NCBI RefSeq assembly: GCF_004010195.1
Contig: NC_057757.1
Location: 4,952,416 to 5,014,415, forward strand
Reading direction: 5' to 3'
Length of the DNA: 62,000 nucleotides
Source of the DNA: Chiloscyllium plagiosum
Lineage: Eukaryota
Positions 1-12,270 of this stretch are shown here, piece after piece. Both the position numbers and the translations under genes were made by a program. Below the pieces are notes generated by a model, which worked only from the letters and a program-made list of their open reading frames with translations, made no database searches and had not been told where the DNA came from. Numbering within the stretch: position 1 is the first letter of the stretch; each line of letters begins with the position of its first letter.

Positions 1-260
1 TCAAGGACACTCAATAGTTGTTCCTTGAACAAGCTCCACATATCAATTATGCCCTTGCCTTGAAGCCTACTTTTCCAAGCCACGCATCCTAAGTCATGCC
101 TCACCGCATCATAATTTCCCTGCCCCCAGCTATAACTCTTGCCCTGCAGTGCACACTTATCCCTCTCCATCACTAGAGTAAAAGTCACCGAATTGTGGTC
201 ACTGTCCCCAAAGTGCTCCCCTACCTCTAATTCTAACACCTGGCCTGGTTCGTTACCCAA
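1..260 (-). mobile_element. CR1-type LINE ORF2 fragment (end of endonuclease region), runs off the left edge
   Basis: Reverse strand reads ...VGEHFGDSDHNSVTFTLVMERD..., homologous to VGEHLGASDHNSIRFKIVMEED of ORF 16543..16746. Confidence 0.85.
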
Positions 261-1034
261 ATGATAATGAATGGACAACCTGACTTTGATACTGCTTAGT
301 CTGATTTGGAAAGTATTGGTCAAGCACAGAAGAGACAGTGTATGGTTAGATTTTTGAGTGGTCCAATTGATAATGCATGTGGCTTGCATACCTCAGTTAA
401 GGTACTGAGCGGTGGGTGCACCCTCAGATCTATATATATATATAGAAATGTATTTATGAAAATGAATGCAGATACATTTAGATGAAAGCCTTACAAATGC
501 TTGTTGTTAACAGACAAAACAGTTCCTGTATAATGTAGACAGCTGACTCCCCATCTTTTGAATCATAGAGGCTTGCTAATTTTTTTTTTCATTTCATCCC
601 TTTACCTGAGAGAATGTACCTTTCATGCCTTGTCTTCAGCTGAAATTGCAACCATCATGAAACTTGAGAAACTGGGAGGTTTAATAGTCTTTTAAATTTT
701 TTTTCATTTGGTGAATCATTGGCAATGGCAGCATTTACCCAGTTGCCCTGGTAGACATGGAAGAGGGCCACAGTCTGAAACCTCTGTGACCTGTGTGGTA
801 TAGGTACACCCCATAGTGCTGTTGGGAAAAGAGGTCCAAGATTTTGGCCCAGTGGTGGTGAAAGAACTCGAATGGGAGCTTGCAGGTAGTGGTTTCCATG
901 GCTATAGCTGCTACAAAGCTTTGACTTGTTTTTGAAATTCTTTTGTTTTAAAAAGAAGCTGTCAATGTTAGTGCTTAATCATTAATATTTTCTATTCATA
1001 AGGTTTAAAATATAGTACTTGTATTTTATCTAGA

Positions 1035-1195
1035 TCCTTTCACACTTCAGGGTGTCCTAAAGTGAACCAGCGAAACTCTTTGGAAGTATTGTCATTGTTG
1101 TAATGTGGTAAATGCAGCAATTAGTATATGCACAGCAAGCCTCCATAAACAGCAGTGTGATGATGACCAAGTAAACTTTCCTTAGTGGTATTTTT
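1035..1195 (-). mobile_element. old DeuSINE/SacSINE1-like SINE fragment
   Basis: gtcattgttgtaatgt...gcacagcaagc.tcca.aaacagca.tgtgat.atgacca core; related copies at ~13515-13830, ~48840-49060 and ~51225-51355. Family name from memory of the consensus. Confidence 0.55.
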
Positions 1196-1727
1196 TATAT
1201 AGACCAGACTCTGTAGGTGGTATGTCTTCCATGAAGGATATTGGCAAACCTGCAACTTCCTGAGCAAATCTTGGCAGCATGTGGAGCTGTTTTTTGTGCA
1301 GCTAGTCGAGGGAATGAAGCATATGGGCATAAACCAGCAATGTGGATTAATGCAGCACTACCATTGCCACACCACTCTGCAACTCTTGAATGAAGTTGAG
1401 TCAAAGCAGCAGTTGCCTGATGAGGCATTTGTCAGTCTATAATCTGTGTATATTTGAGCACTCATCTGCTCGTACACCCATTCCTTGTTACCAAAGGGAG
1501 ATCCAACAGTGCTTCTCGGCTGACAGCAATGTTCCCTGTTTCTGAGTGTGCTTCTTTCTCCCATGTTTTCAAATTCAACCATAAGAATGCCCAGATATCC
1601 TAAAGAAACCTGGGTGGAACAGTGACAGGAGAGCAACATAAGTGCTTCAATTGAGGTATGTTTCTGATTGACTTTGACAGTCCAGTTCTTTAAGAACACT
1701 CTTACCCTGGTCAGCAGTCACCCAGGT

Positions 1728-1832
1728 GCAAAAGCAGAAAATGCCAGAAAAGCTCAGTAGGTCCAGCAAAATCTGTGAAGGGAAATCAGAGATAACGTTT
1801 CGGATTCATTAACTGATTTCTTTTCACATACT
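1728..1832. mobile_element. degenerate short inverted-repeat remnant of another Penelope-like terminus
   Basis: gtgaagggaaatcagagataa ... ttaactgatttcttttcac inverted pair, preceded by gaaaagctcagtaggtc..gca, which resembles the family-A terminus. Confidence 0.45.
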
Positions 1833-4649
1833 GTCGCAATTAAATATGGATCCAGGTTTTATACCTTTCTCACTTGGTCATGCAGCATGTTCCTGTCAGT
1901 TGTTTTGGCATCCTGAGTTAAATTGTGCCTAGGTTTCTGTCTGTGAAGCCTCTCTTCTTCGACATTAAAATCAGACCAACCAATACTTTGGCCAGTTGCC
2001 TGTGTTTTGGCCCAGAAAGGGATGCACTAATCAGGATCTTTTACGTTGGCATTCCAAAAGCAGTAGAAATGCCTTTAGGTTGCTTTCCTTGTTGGTTTCT
2101 CTTTGGCTGTTCTACTAATTGCTGCTAACATTGCCTCAAAATCAATGGCAGTACACAAAGTAGGCAAGTGCACCACTGGGTTGTCTTCAGCTCATCTGTC
2201 TTGTTTCAGAGGTCAGTTTTTATGCCAAGGGTTCTTTTGCCAGCCATGTTATTGTAAACTGTAACTTGACAAAGTGATTACAGATTAAGTAGCTATGGTA
2301 ACTTCGCCTACTGATTGAGCAGTTGGATCTGTCTAAAACAGTCAGTGTTTAACATGGTTTAATGATCACCTTTGCTATTGGTGGGAATAGAAATGCAACA
2401 TCCTTGTGTGGTACAAAACCACTGCTTGAATTGAGCATTTTGAAGGCCATTTAACCCTTTGCCAAATCAATGGAAAATTTGGAGATTGGTCTTCCAATAG
2501 TTTCAAAGCACTTTACTGTGGCAGATTTTTGCTTCATCAGTATTATCCCTTGATATTTTAATGTGTAGAAATCTGTGGATCTCTGTATTGAACATACTCA
2601 ATGACTGAACCTTCACACTCCTTTGGGCTGGGGAATTTCAAAGATTCACGAGCGTCTGACTGAAGAAATTCTTACTCAATCTGAGTTATACAGCACAAAA
2701 CAGGTCCTTCGGCCCATCAAGTCTTCGCTGACCTATCTACACTAATCCCACTTTCCAGCACGTGGCCAATAGTCATGAATGTTATGACATTTCAAGTGCT
2801 CATGCACATCCCAGTCCCATATGGCCTGCCCATGATTATTGACTCCTGCCCCAGTCAGCAGAAATATTCCTCCTGTATCTACAACATTGAGCCCTACAAG
2901 AGTTTTGTGTAGAGCGTATCTCATTCCTTCCATGCTGAGGTTGAATCAGGTATGGCTTTTTTAGGGCTGACAGTAACCATATTTAGCAGTAGTCTTCTGT
3001 TGAGCAGAATTATGCCACATTTTCAAGGCCTGCAGCCATTTTGTCCAGGCTAAAATTAATCCTGTTTATGTGCAAGTGAATATTATATGGTAGTAGCAGA
3101 GAGACAGGTGACCATTACACTGCAAAATAGTGAGATTTTTTGAAGTCCAGAATTTTAGGCTGCTTCTGGAAACATCCCATCGAACCTATTTCAGAGTTCA
3201 GAATCCTGTGGGGTTGATCTTGGGAGGAAGTATCTTACTGAACTCGGTGCATGCGGATCTTCAGGCCAGAGGTGTTGTATAACATTCCAAAAATGACCAA
3301 GGCATATGTATTTGGAATGGCATCCATTCTTATGCCAGAAGTTGTCATCACTGAAAGATTGTGCTTTAGTTGCCTGTGCGTTTGGTCATCCTCTCCTCAG
3401 CAGAGGTTTCCCCCAAAAAACAAACGTGCGTTTGCATTAACTGCTTTTCAAAATCTAAGCAGTCGTGGCAGGCAAGGTGTGATTGGCCTTGTCATAGTGG
3501 TTTATAGCTCAGAAAAAAGTCCCTTCAGCTCATCGGCTCTGTGCCAATCAAAAGCAGCTACTTAACTATTCTAATCTCATTTTCTTGTACTTGGTCCATA
3601 GCCTAGTATCATAAACTGCAGCAAGATCAGTTAAGCCCATCTGTGTTATTGGTCTAATGGTAACTGTTGGCTAGGACATGAGTGTTTCTTCACTCGTTTC
3701 AGACCTTTTACATTCGTGTGAACAAGGAGCGTGGGGCCGCAGTCTAATCACCTTTCCAAAGGTGGCCGATTTATTCTCAGTTCTGTAGACTCAAGTTATT
3801 TGTGATGGGAAATGAGATTTTTTAAAAGTATAAAATGGAACAGCTTGGCTGTTGCACTGTTGCTTTTTGTTTGACGTTTAAGCTGATGAATGACTCACAA
3901 GCAATAGCTAGGTGTGAGTAGCTAGACTGTACATGCAGTATGTTCGTTATCCCCCTCTGGATATAATTCCTGGCTGAGGATTCCAGCTCTCTGCAGCATC
4001 GCCCAACTGTGCAATAACAGTGCCTTCCATAATTGAGTATTCTGATCCCTTGCATACGTCACTAAGCTCTTGGAATGAGCTTCAAGTTCTTCTGTGCCTA
4101 ATGGCTTCTATCTGTTAACTGTCAGCTTTGCAGGAGAGCAGCATTTTTAAAGATTTCCCCTGAACTGCAGAAAACCTCAGTGCTGGAGAAGAGTCAGAAA
4201 TCTTCAAGTTTGATCAGTAAAATACATGCTGTTCATCCCGAAACATTGTTGACTTTATTTTAGAGAGAAGGAAATGGGCTCATTACCAGAGAGCTAACTT
4301 TCAGCTACGTGGCTGAATGCCACACTAAAACATGCACTGTGGATATCATACTGTCTGGCCTTTTATTCTGTCAAGTTCAATTTTTTTGTTATTGCATATC
4401 CTAGAATAACTTCAAATCATTTGCACTTTTTACTGACCAGCCAAAACCCGATCTCATTTAAAGTTCCACTAACTTTGGCTAATTGGTACCAGATCCTGTT
4501 TAGCCATCTTCCTCGGCCACTGTCTCTGTCCACAGCGCCTCCTTTGTTTGGCACACCCCTCCCCAAAAAAAAACTCACATTCAATCTGTTCCGGCAGTAC
4601 CTCACTTCATGCAGTTATATAAATTAGGCTTATTTTCTCTTGCATTTAG

Positions 4650-5010
4650 AAGATTTTTATGGGGTTAGTCGATCAAAGTCTTCAAGGTATTAAAAGGCAA
4701 AGATACTTAGATAAAAATACTGTTTCCACAAGTTGGGGTTTCTAGAACTAGGGGGCATAGTTTTAGGTGCAAGAGTCAGACTGTTCAAGAGAGATGTTAG
4801 GAGGCACAACACACAAATGGTGGTAGAGGTTTGGAACTCTTCCAAACAGCAGTTGTTGCTAGGTGGGTTAGCTTTAAATCTGAAGTGTTTGTTAGGCAAA
4901 GGTATTAAGGGATATGGGCCAAAGGAAGATGTATGGCGTTAGGTCATAAATCAGCCATGATCTCATTGAATGGCAGAATCGGTTTCAGTAGCTGAATAAC
5001 CTATTTTTAT
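4650..5010 (+). mobile_element. old CR1-type LINE 3' fragment
   Basis: tctagaactagggggcatag...tggaactct...gggatatgggccaaag...cagccatgatctcattgaatggc, typical CR1 3' region. Confidence 0.65.
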
Positions 5011-7719
5011 TCCTCGTTTTTTTTTACTACTTACCCTTTTCACCATGGCTTCCTGCATACAAAACCTGGTACTCTGGAATCTACCAGGTTTGCTATGCTG
5101 CTCCAACTCTGGCCCCTCACTCCTCCATTGCTGCCGTGCCTTCAATTTACCAAGGCCCTTCACTCTGAAACTCTGTCCCTAAATCTTACTGGCTATCTCC
5201 CTTCCTTTAAGTTTCTCCTTGCGAACCTGCCTTTTTGATTAAGCGTTTAACTATCTTTGTGACTCGGTGTCAAACTTTAGCAGGAAGCACTGTTGTGAAG
5301 AATCTTGGAACCATTATATTATCTTAAGGTATAACTGCAAGTTCTATCAATTTCTTGTTTGATTTTGTTTTGATACCTTGCTCAAATGGCAAAACTTCTT
5401 TTTGTGATTTGGAGCAATTGATGTTACAGGTTGCTTAACCATATTAGCTAGGTGGCACCAAATACTGTCCTCACCTAGTAACTCTTTGACAGATGACTGT
5501 GGAACCCTGCTTAACCTTTGTACTTGCCCTCCCAAGATTTTATACCAAGGCCATCAGTAACATTCCAATTGCATGCTATTGCACTGATCTGGAGAAGTCA
5601 GAATGGATCAGTGATTATGTAGGAAGCCAATTCCTTTCCCAGACAGCCATTACAACATGAACCATCTCTACTGCGGGCAGAGGGTGGGGTGATGACGAGA
5701 TTTTCTTTTTGCTTCATTGTTCCCATGCTGCCAACAGCTCGGCTCCATAAAAATCAGCAACCCTTATCATGAATCATGGTCAGTGGCTATGCCTTCAGAG
5801 TGAATGCGACAGCAAGTCTCACCAGGTTATTCCTCACTGGAGAGGTAACAGTTAAGCATAATTCTAGACACCTGCTGAAATTCTGATCAGAAGGTATGAC
5901 CAGATTGGGATGAAACAGTGGGCTATCTTGATGTATAAAACTCAGGAAACCATAAACTTGGATCAAATTCCCAAGTTAATTGGGAAACAATTCTGTTCTA
6001 TGAAAAGGTTCTGTGGCCGCATAGGTGGCAAACACATTGTCGAGGCAGGTCGAAACATACAACTGCTAAGCGCACATCGGTTGCAAATTCCGAAGTGTCA
6101 GTTGTTTTAGGTATGTGCTGAGAAGTTCGGAAATGGCAGTTGTGATAGCAGTGCTTTGCCATGGACAGACCTTAAGATGTAGCTTCAAGATTCATATAAA
6201 GTAATGCATGGTCTCATTATTCAACAGTCACTCAGGAAGCGACATGGTTCGTATATATTTTTAACTTTGGAATGGCTGTCATGTTTGGTGTTTGGCCAAC
6301 ATGAAATGGGATGATCTCCAGTAGGGTACGTTCCAGACAGCTGACAGCAAACTAGTTTTCCTCGTCCCCTCTCCTGATCTGCAGTTCCTCACTGGGTTAC
6401 AGTTGTGCAAGCACCAGTTGCATTCCAGCACAGCAGTCCAGATTTAAGTGCCAGTCAGCTATTTGGCTGTTGAAGCTTCACACTCTGGTCAGATCCTGTT
6501 GTAGCTTAAGTGCATGCGGTTTAATCGGTCATGCAGTTAGTTATCAGCCGTGGACTCAAATCAATAAGACGTGTGTTTGACCTATTTTGTTCATACTGTT
6601 TTTCGGAAAGTGATCTATTCACTTGATTTTTTTTTCAGAATCTTTCCTTTGAATCTTTCCTTGAAAGCATGTTTTTCATTCTACTTCTCCCACTTTCAGT
6701 TGGGCCATACAATCTGTTGCATATTTTACAAATGTAGTTCCAGCGTAGATTTATGCCTTCCTATTACCAAATCATTCACCGCGAGTAGATCTTTTATCCC
6801 TGTTAACTTTTTCCTAACTTCTAATCATTTTGAGCATCCCTTGATTTTGTTTTTCCTGTCACCTCAAGGGACCACCTGTTTCTCTGGTCATCATGGTCAC
6901 TAAAGCCTTGCATCTCCAGTATTATATTGATGATAGTCCTCTTTAATGCAACCAAACTGTGTTGTGATATTCAGTAATAAGGTGTACAGGGTCTGTATTA
7001 CCTGTTAGAATCACTGAATACAAAACCTGTTTATGAAACAGGCTCTATTCACTTGTCCCACTTTGGAAGACATAACTTCTAAAAGCTTTTCTAATCTTAA
7101 ACATTTGCAAATCAGTGAAACTTTCTAACATTTTGTATTCACTGGACTTTAGCAAATAGTGACTTGATTGAAACATTTAAGATCCCAATTTCCCTTGGAG
7201 CGTCTGTACATACCAGTTGGTGTGTGACAGCATTAACCTCTGGTTCCATAAGTCGCTGCCGTGCATGGAACTCCAGTCCGCTCAGTTGCAGGAAAAACGA
7301 GAGGGAATGTAGGTCTTGACAGGGTGCATGTAACTAGGGGGCTGCTGTTAAAAAAAAAAGTCTTGTCCTTTTAAGAATGACCAGGAGGTTTATTTTTCAG
7401 AGGTCATGAGTCTTTGGGGCACTTTGTTTCAAAGGCTTATGGGGGCAAAATATTTTTTATGGCAGTGGTAGGTGAGTAAGGGTTGAAAGGTTATTGTGGG
7501 TAGATGAAAATAGCTACTATTTAGATCATTTATAATGTTACAGAATGACTTGAAAGGGCTGAGTGGCGTACTCTTACTCCTAATTTGAATGTTTGTATGT
7601 CTTCTCTATCCATATTCCATAATTTGTCTTATCACTGTTTATCATTGCATTCATCACTGTAATCTTTCTTTGCTGTCCCTTTCTTCACCTTTTTTCCCTA
7701 TTGTTAGTGTTTTCATCAG

Positions 7720-8080
7720 TGGGTTGTACAAGTCCCACTCCAGGACTTGTACACCACAATATCAGCTGACACTTCACTGCATTACAGAGGGAGTTCTGCA
7801 TTGTCTGAGGTGCTCTCTCTTGAATTAGATGGTAAACTGAGGCTCTGTTTATGTTTTACGTTTCAAAAAAAAATTCCCTGCGTTATTTTGAAGATGTAGG
7901 GGATTTAACCCTGATGACCTGCCTAATATTTAATCCTCAACCAACTGTTAGGAAAAACAGATTTTCTGGTTGTTATCCCATTAATGAGTTTGCTGTGTGC
8001 AAAGTGGTTGCACGTGTACGACTTGAAACAGTGACGTTACTTATTGGCTATCAGCTACTTTGAGAAATCTGCTCACAAAT
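7720..8080 (+). mobile_element. old DeuSINE/SacSINE1-like SINE
   Basis: gctgacacttcactgcattacagagggagt...aatatttaatcctcaacca...ttgctgtgtgcaaagtgg; related copies at ~13915-14200 and ~28735-29090. Confidence 0.6.
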
Positions 8081-10594
8081 GCTAAAATTTCTTTTCTTTC
8101 AATATGCTAATGTAGCAGTTTCTTACTGTCCTATTATCTCTGTTCTTTTTCACATTGCTCCCATCTAGAGGTGCTGAGACCAATTGTAGTATCCCCTTCC
8201 ATCATCCTTGGAGACAGTGTGTAACCAGCTGAACTCCTAGGGAAACTGTGAGTACAACCTTTGAATAGGTTTGTTGGGAAGGGCAATTTTAATGGATCCA
8301 TTCTTATTTCATACTTTGATCTCTTCAACTTTAGAGAATAAAGCTTTTTAAAAGTTAAGTCTAAACATTTGGGACATGGCCCCCTTTCCTTCTGCAGTTC
8401 TCCAGATATCAGTGTCTCTGCAGTTGGAATCTCCTCTACTCTGTACTTATAATTTAACTAAAATGTATTAACTGACTGACCAAATGGTGAGGATGCCCAT
8501 GGTTAAGCTTGGTGAAAGTTGCTTTGGTGGTGCCACTGTGAATTGGCAAGTTTCCCACTGAAGTTTTGTGAAACAGGTTTGACTTGAGGTGGCGGCAAGG
8601 CTACTCCTATTTAGGGGAGGGGTGGAGCAGCTGGATTCTTCACAGTGACTGCATATTAGAAAGTATCACTCGGTGTTAGAGAGCATGAGAGGCGATTTTA
8701 TTTTGGCATGGGTGGGTGCTGAGATTCCGAGTGGCACCATCAGCTTTTTCTTTGAGGGAGAATTAACAGGATAGTTCGGAAAAACACGAGCAAGCGGATG
8801 TGGGATCTAATTTAAACTGGTTAACTGGGAATGTGGGAAAATGGTGTCATGTAGCACATCACGAGGAATTTGGTAGGGTGGAATCAAACCCCAGTCTCTG
8901 GCACTGAGGCAGCAGTGCTAACCACTGGATCACTCCATGTAATTCATTCAGTTGTGCATCAGTGTGTGGTCTGCAGGAGAGAGTGCAATCTGCTGATGGG
9001 AAAACTGCAAGAGTTTAATTGTAGCTAGTGTTTTGCTCTTTCCTATGAGTGTCTTGAGTGAGTGCATTCTACCTTCCTCTGTCAGGCCAAGTAGCTGCTT
9101 AAATGTAAAACATAAAACTGGTATTTTTGAACAAGTCTTGGGCCCCTAGCGCAGACCCAAAACTGGTATCATTCTTGAGCTTGACTTTGCTGGCATTGAG
9201 CATGTTGTGGATTTAGAGTTTTCTCAGCTACTGGCTCGTTCAGTTTTAGACATGAGTGGTTAGAGGGGCTAGGTTCTCTATTTTTAACTTCCCCTCTGGA
9301 TGGTACATTTAGTTAAAAGGATTGCTGACAGTGGGAAGTCATGGTGTGGGTGAATTGTGGGTCTGTTTCAATGGCCAACCTTCAATCCTTTGTGGTTTGT
9401 AAAAAAAAAAGTTGCTGACTTCTTTGGCTGCTTTCCAATACAGTCAGTAATCTGACTGCAATAGAAAGTTGTATACACTACTAAGTTAGTTAGCCAGTTC
9501 TGCGTTTTGATTATGCTCTTATTAAATGAGGCAAACAAAAGTCTATGGCAGTGTGCCAGGCTCAGAATTTTACACAGCGAACAGATTGCAGAGTATTTGC
9601 TGATGTCACCTCAAACTCTAGTTCTTGCTATTTTAAAAAGGGATTCCAGGGCTCTCCCCAAACTTTGTCTCTGAAAATTCAAATGCATGCCTGCTCTCTG
9701 TAATCCTCTAGGGTTACATTTAATTTCACTTTAGCTGGGGAGCTGAAAATAATTTTTTTGGTAATATTGGGTTGTACTTTACTGATCCCTCTTTCTCTGC
9801 TTGCCCTCTTTGACCCATTCCCAAGAACCCTGGTAGTGTATATTTTGTATCCAATGTGAGAGAGGCTGGCTAGATGAGACTCAACCACATTGATATGGTC
9901 TGGAGTCACTTTCAGGCCAGTTCAGTTAACAGTGGCAGATTCCTTCCATGAAAGACACTAGCCAGTCAGATTTTCTTGACAGCAAACGGATCATAACTTT
10001 TTTTTATTTCAGATTTACTTAAGTAACTGAAGTGAAATTTCCTAGCTGACTCAGTAAATGAACTTGCGTTTCCAGATGGCTGGTCCAGGATTCTAGATTA
10101 CTAATTCAGTGGTTACTAGATCATGGCTGTTAGACTATCGTGTTGCTTGGCACTTCATAGCAGCTCTTGTAACTTGCTTGTTATCTTGTAGATGCCATAG
10201 CTGAAAATATGGTTCCTGGCGAAATAGCAGACTGATGATTGGTTCCTTCTATCTTCAGGCTTGTGTTTCTGCACCAGCTATGCTTCTATTTTAAGATGCT
10301 GTTTTGCACTTAGGCAGCATTTAGTGTGGGTTGGTCTTGATTCCTGCGTGTTTCCTTCTCTGGGCGACTATCCGTTACTGACTTATCGTCATTGGCAGCC
10401 TTTGACTGGCAGAGATTCTTGGCTGCAAATAATGTATAAAAACATCTTTCAGCTAATGCAGTTTTTCCTCTTCAAAGTTTTTAGTCTTGCCTTCATGTTG
10501 ATTGATAGTAAATTTGTGTTTTTGATATTTATTTGGAGGCCTCAGATGTTTGCTGTTCTGCAGGTTTTGATAGGATGGGTTCAAATAGAGTACA

Positions 10595-10889
10595 TCAAAT
10601 AGAGATGTACAGCATGGAAACAGACCCTTTAGTCCAACCCATCCATGCCGACCAGATATCCCAAGCCAATCTAGTCCCACCTGCCTGCACCCGGCCTATA
10701 TCCCTCAAAACCCTTCCTATTCATATACCCATCCAAATGCCTCTTAAATGTTGCAATTATACCAGCCTCCACTACATCCTCTGGCAGCTCATCCCATACA
10801 CGTACCACCCTCTGCGTGAAAAAGTTGCCCCTTAGGTCTCTTTTATATCTTTCCCCTCTCATCCTAAACCTATGCCCTCTAGTTCTGAA
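10595..10889 (-). mobile_element. young CR1/HER1-type LINE 3' end
   Basis: ORF 10671..10862 (RGNFFTQRVVRVWDELPE); nearly identical to 14480-14770 and 40487-40843. Confidence 0.92.
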
Positions 10890-11305
10890 CCAAGAGCCAT
10901 CGATGCAAGGTGTTTATCAAGAAACGTGAAGTTGAGTTGGATTGTCTTTACCCAGAGAGTGGTCAGAATTTGGAGCTTGCCTCCACATCAAGTGGCTGAA
11001 GTCATTGTATTTGTGCATTTAAAAGGAGGAAGCTAGACAAACATAGGACATAGAAGGAAATAGTGCGCTACAGTGATGTAGAAAAATGGAAGAAGGCCTC
11101 GGTGGAATATGACCACTCGGTGATTGAATGTTAGGTTTCTGAGCTGTATACCTGATGTATATGCAATAATATAATGTTTAATTAGTCAAGGGATTATTGT
11201 TAGGAGTATTGATAACTTTATCAATGGATTCCCTGTTCCCACATCCCAAAAGTAAATGTCTAGTATGGTCTGATTTTTAACTGTGAACTTTGTCCTTTCT
11301 TTCAG

Positions 11306-11444
11306 TGAAGTAAGCCAGTATTTTGTGAATGATAAAGGGAATTACTATCAGACCAATTCATCTGTTGTATTAGCTACTCAGAACAACGTATCTTGGGGAG
11401 TCTCCAACACCGGTTGTAGGTTGGGAACCTGACCTGTGGTCAAG
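11306..11444 (+). other. candidate non-coding 5'-UTR exon of the GIGYF gene, containing a 14-codon uORF (11329-11373)
   Basis: Acceptor tttgtcctttctttcag|, donor AAG|gtaggt, 139 nt, non-repeat-looking sequence. No transcript evidence. Confidence 0.4.
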
Positions 11445-11629
11445 GTAGGTAACATTCTTCTGTTTGTGTTGTGCTTTGAACATTGCAGTGGTGCCCTATT
11501 TGCCCTTCGGGCACTGTTTTAATTAAATCCAATGCCTGTTATTTAAAATCTTGTAGCACCTTGATAATAAATCAGTCTTCCCACGACATCCACATTTGGT
11601 TGCAGTCTGTCTTGAACTGTTAATTTGGA

Positions 11630-12270
11630 TAGGAATAAATGGTTTCAGTTGATAGGATATCCTGAATGGTGTGTCACGGGTCGATGCTGAGGCCTCAACT
11701 CTTTGATATATAGTAATGATTTGGATGAAGGAATCAAAGGTATGGTAGCTAAATTTTCTGATGACACCAGGGTAGATAGGAAAGTGAGTTAGCAAAATGA
11801 GATACTAAACCAGCAAAGGAAAATAGGTGAAGTGAAAGGGCAAAGAACTAGCAAATGAAGAATAATGTGGAAAATGTGAAATTGTTGCAGAGCTGAGATG
11901 CAAAGAAGTGTGCCTGAATCACAAGGTTAGTAAACAGGATTATTGTGGATGGAGGTTTCCTCTTGTGGGAGAGTCTAGAACTAGGGGATCAGAGCTTAAG
12001 ATATGAGGCCACCCATTTCATAAACAAAGAAGCATTTTCCCTCTGAAGGTTGAGTGGTCTTGAGTGTTTTAATTCTCTTCCTCATGTGGCAGTGGATGTA
12101 AAATCTTTGAGTATTTTGAAGGCAGCTGTAGCTAGATTCTTGATTAACATGAGGATGAAATATTGTCAGGAGTGTGCAGGAAAGTAAAATTGAAGTTCAA
12201 ACCAAATCTGCCATGATCTGTTTGAATGATGGAGCAGACTTGAAGGGCCAGTTGGACTGTTGTTGTCCTT
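11630..12270 (+). mobile_element. old, internally deleted CR1-type LINE fragment
   Basis: Remnant of GVxxGSxLxPxLF..Y.NDLDEG...VAKFSDDT followed by a CR1 3' region. Confidence 0.7.

Noticed and set aside
1150..1175. GTGATGA box C motif
   Set aside because: Lies inside a DeuSINE-like repeat core.
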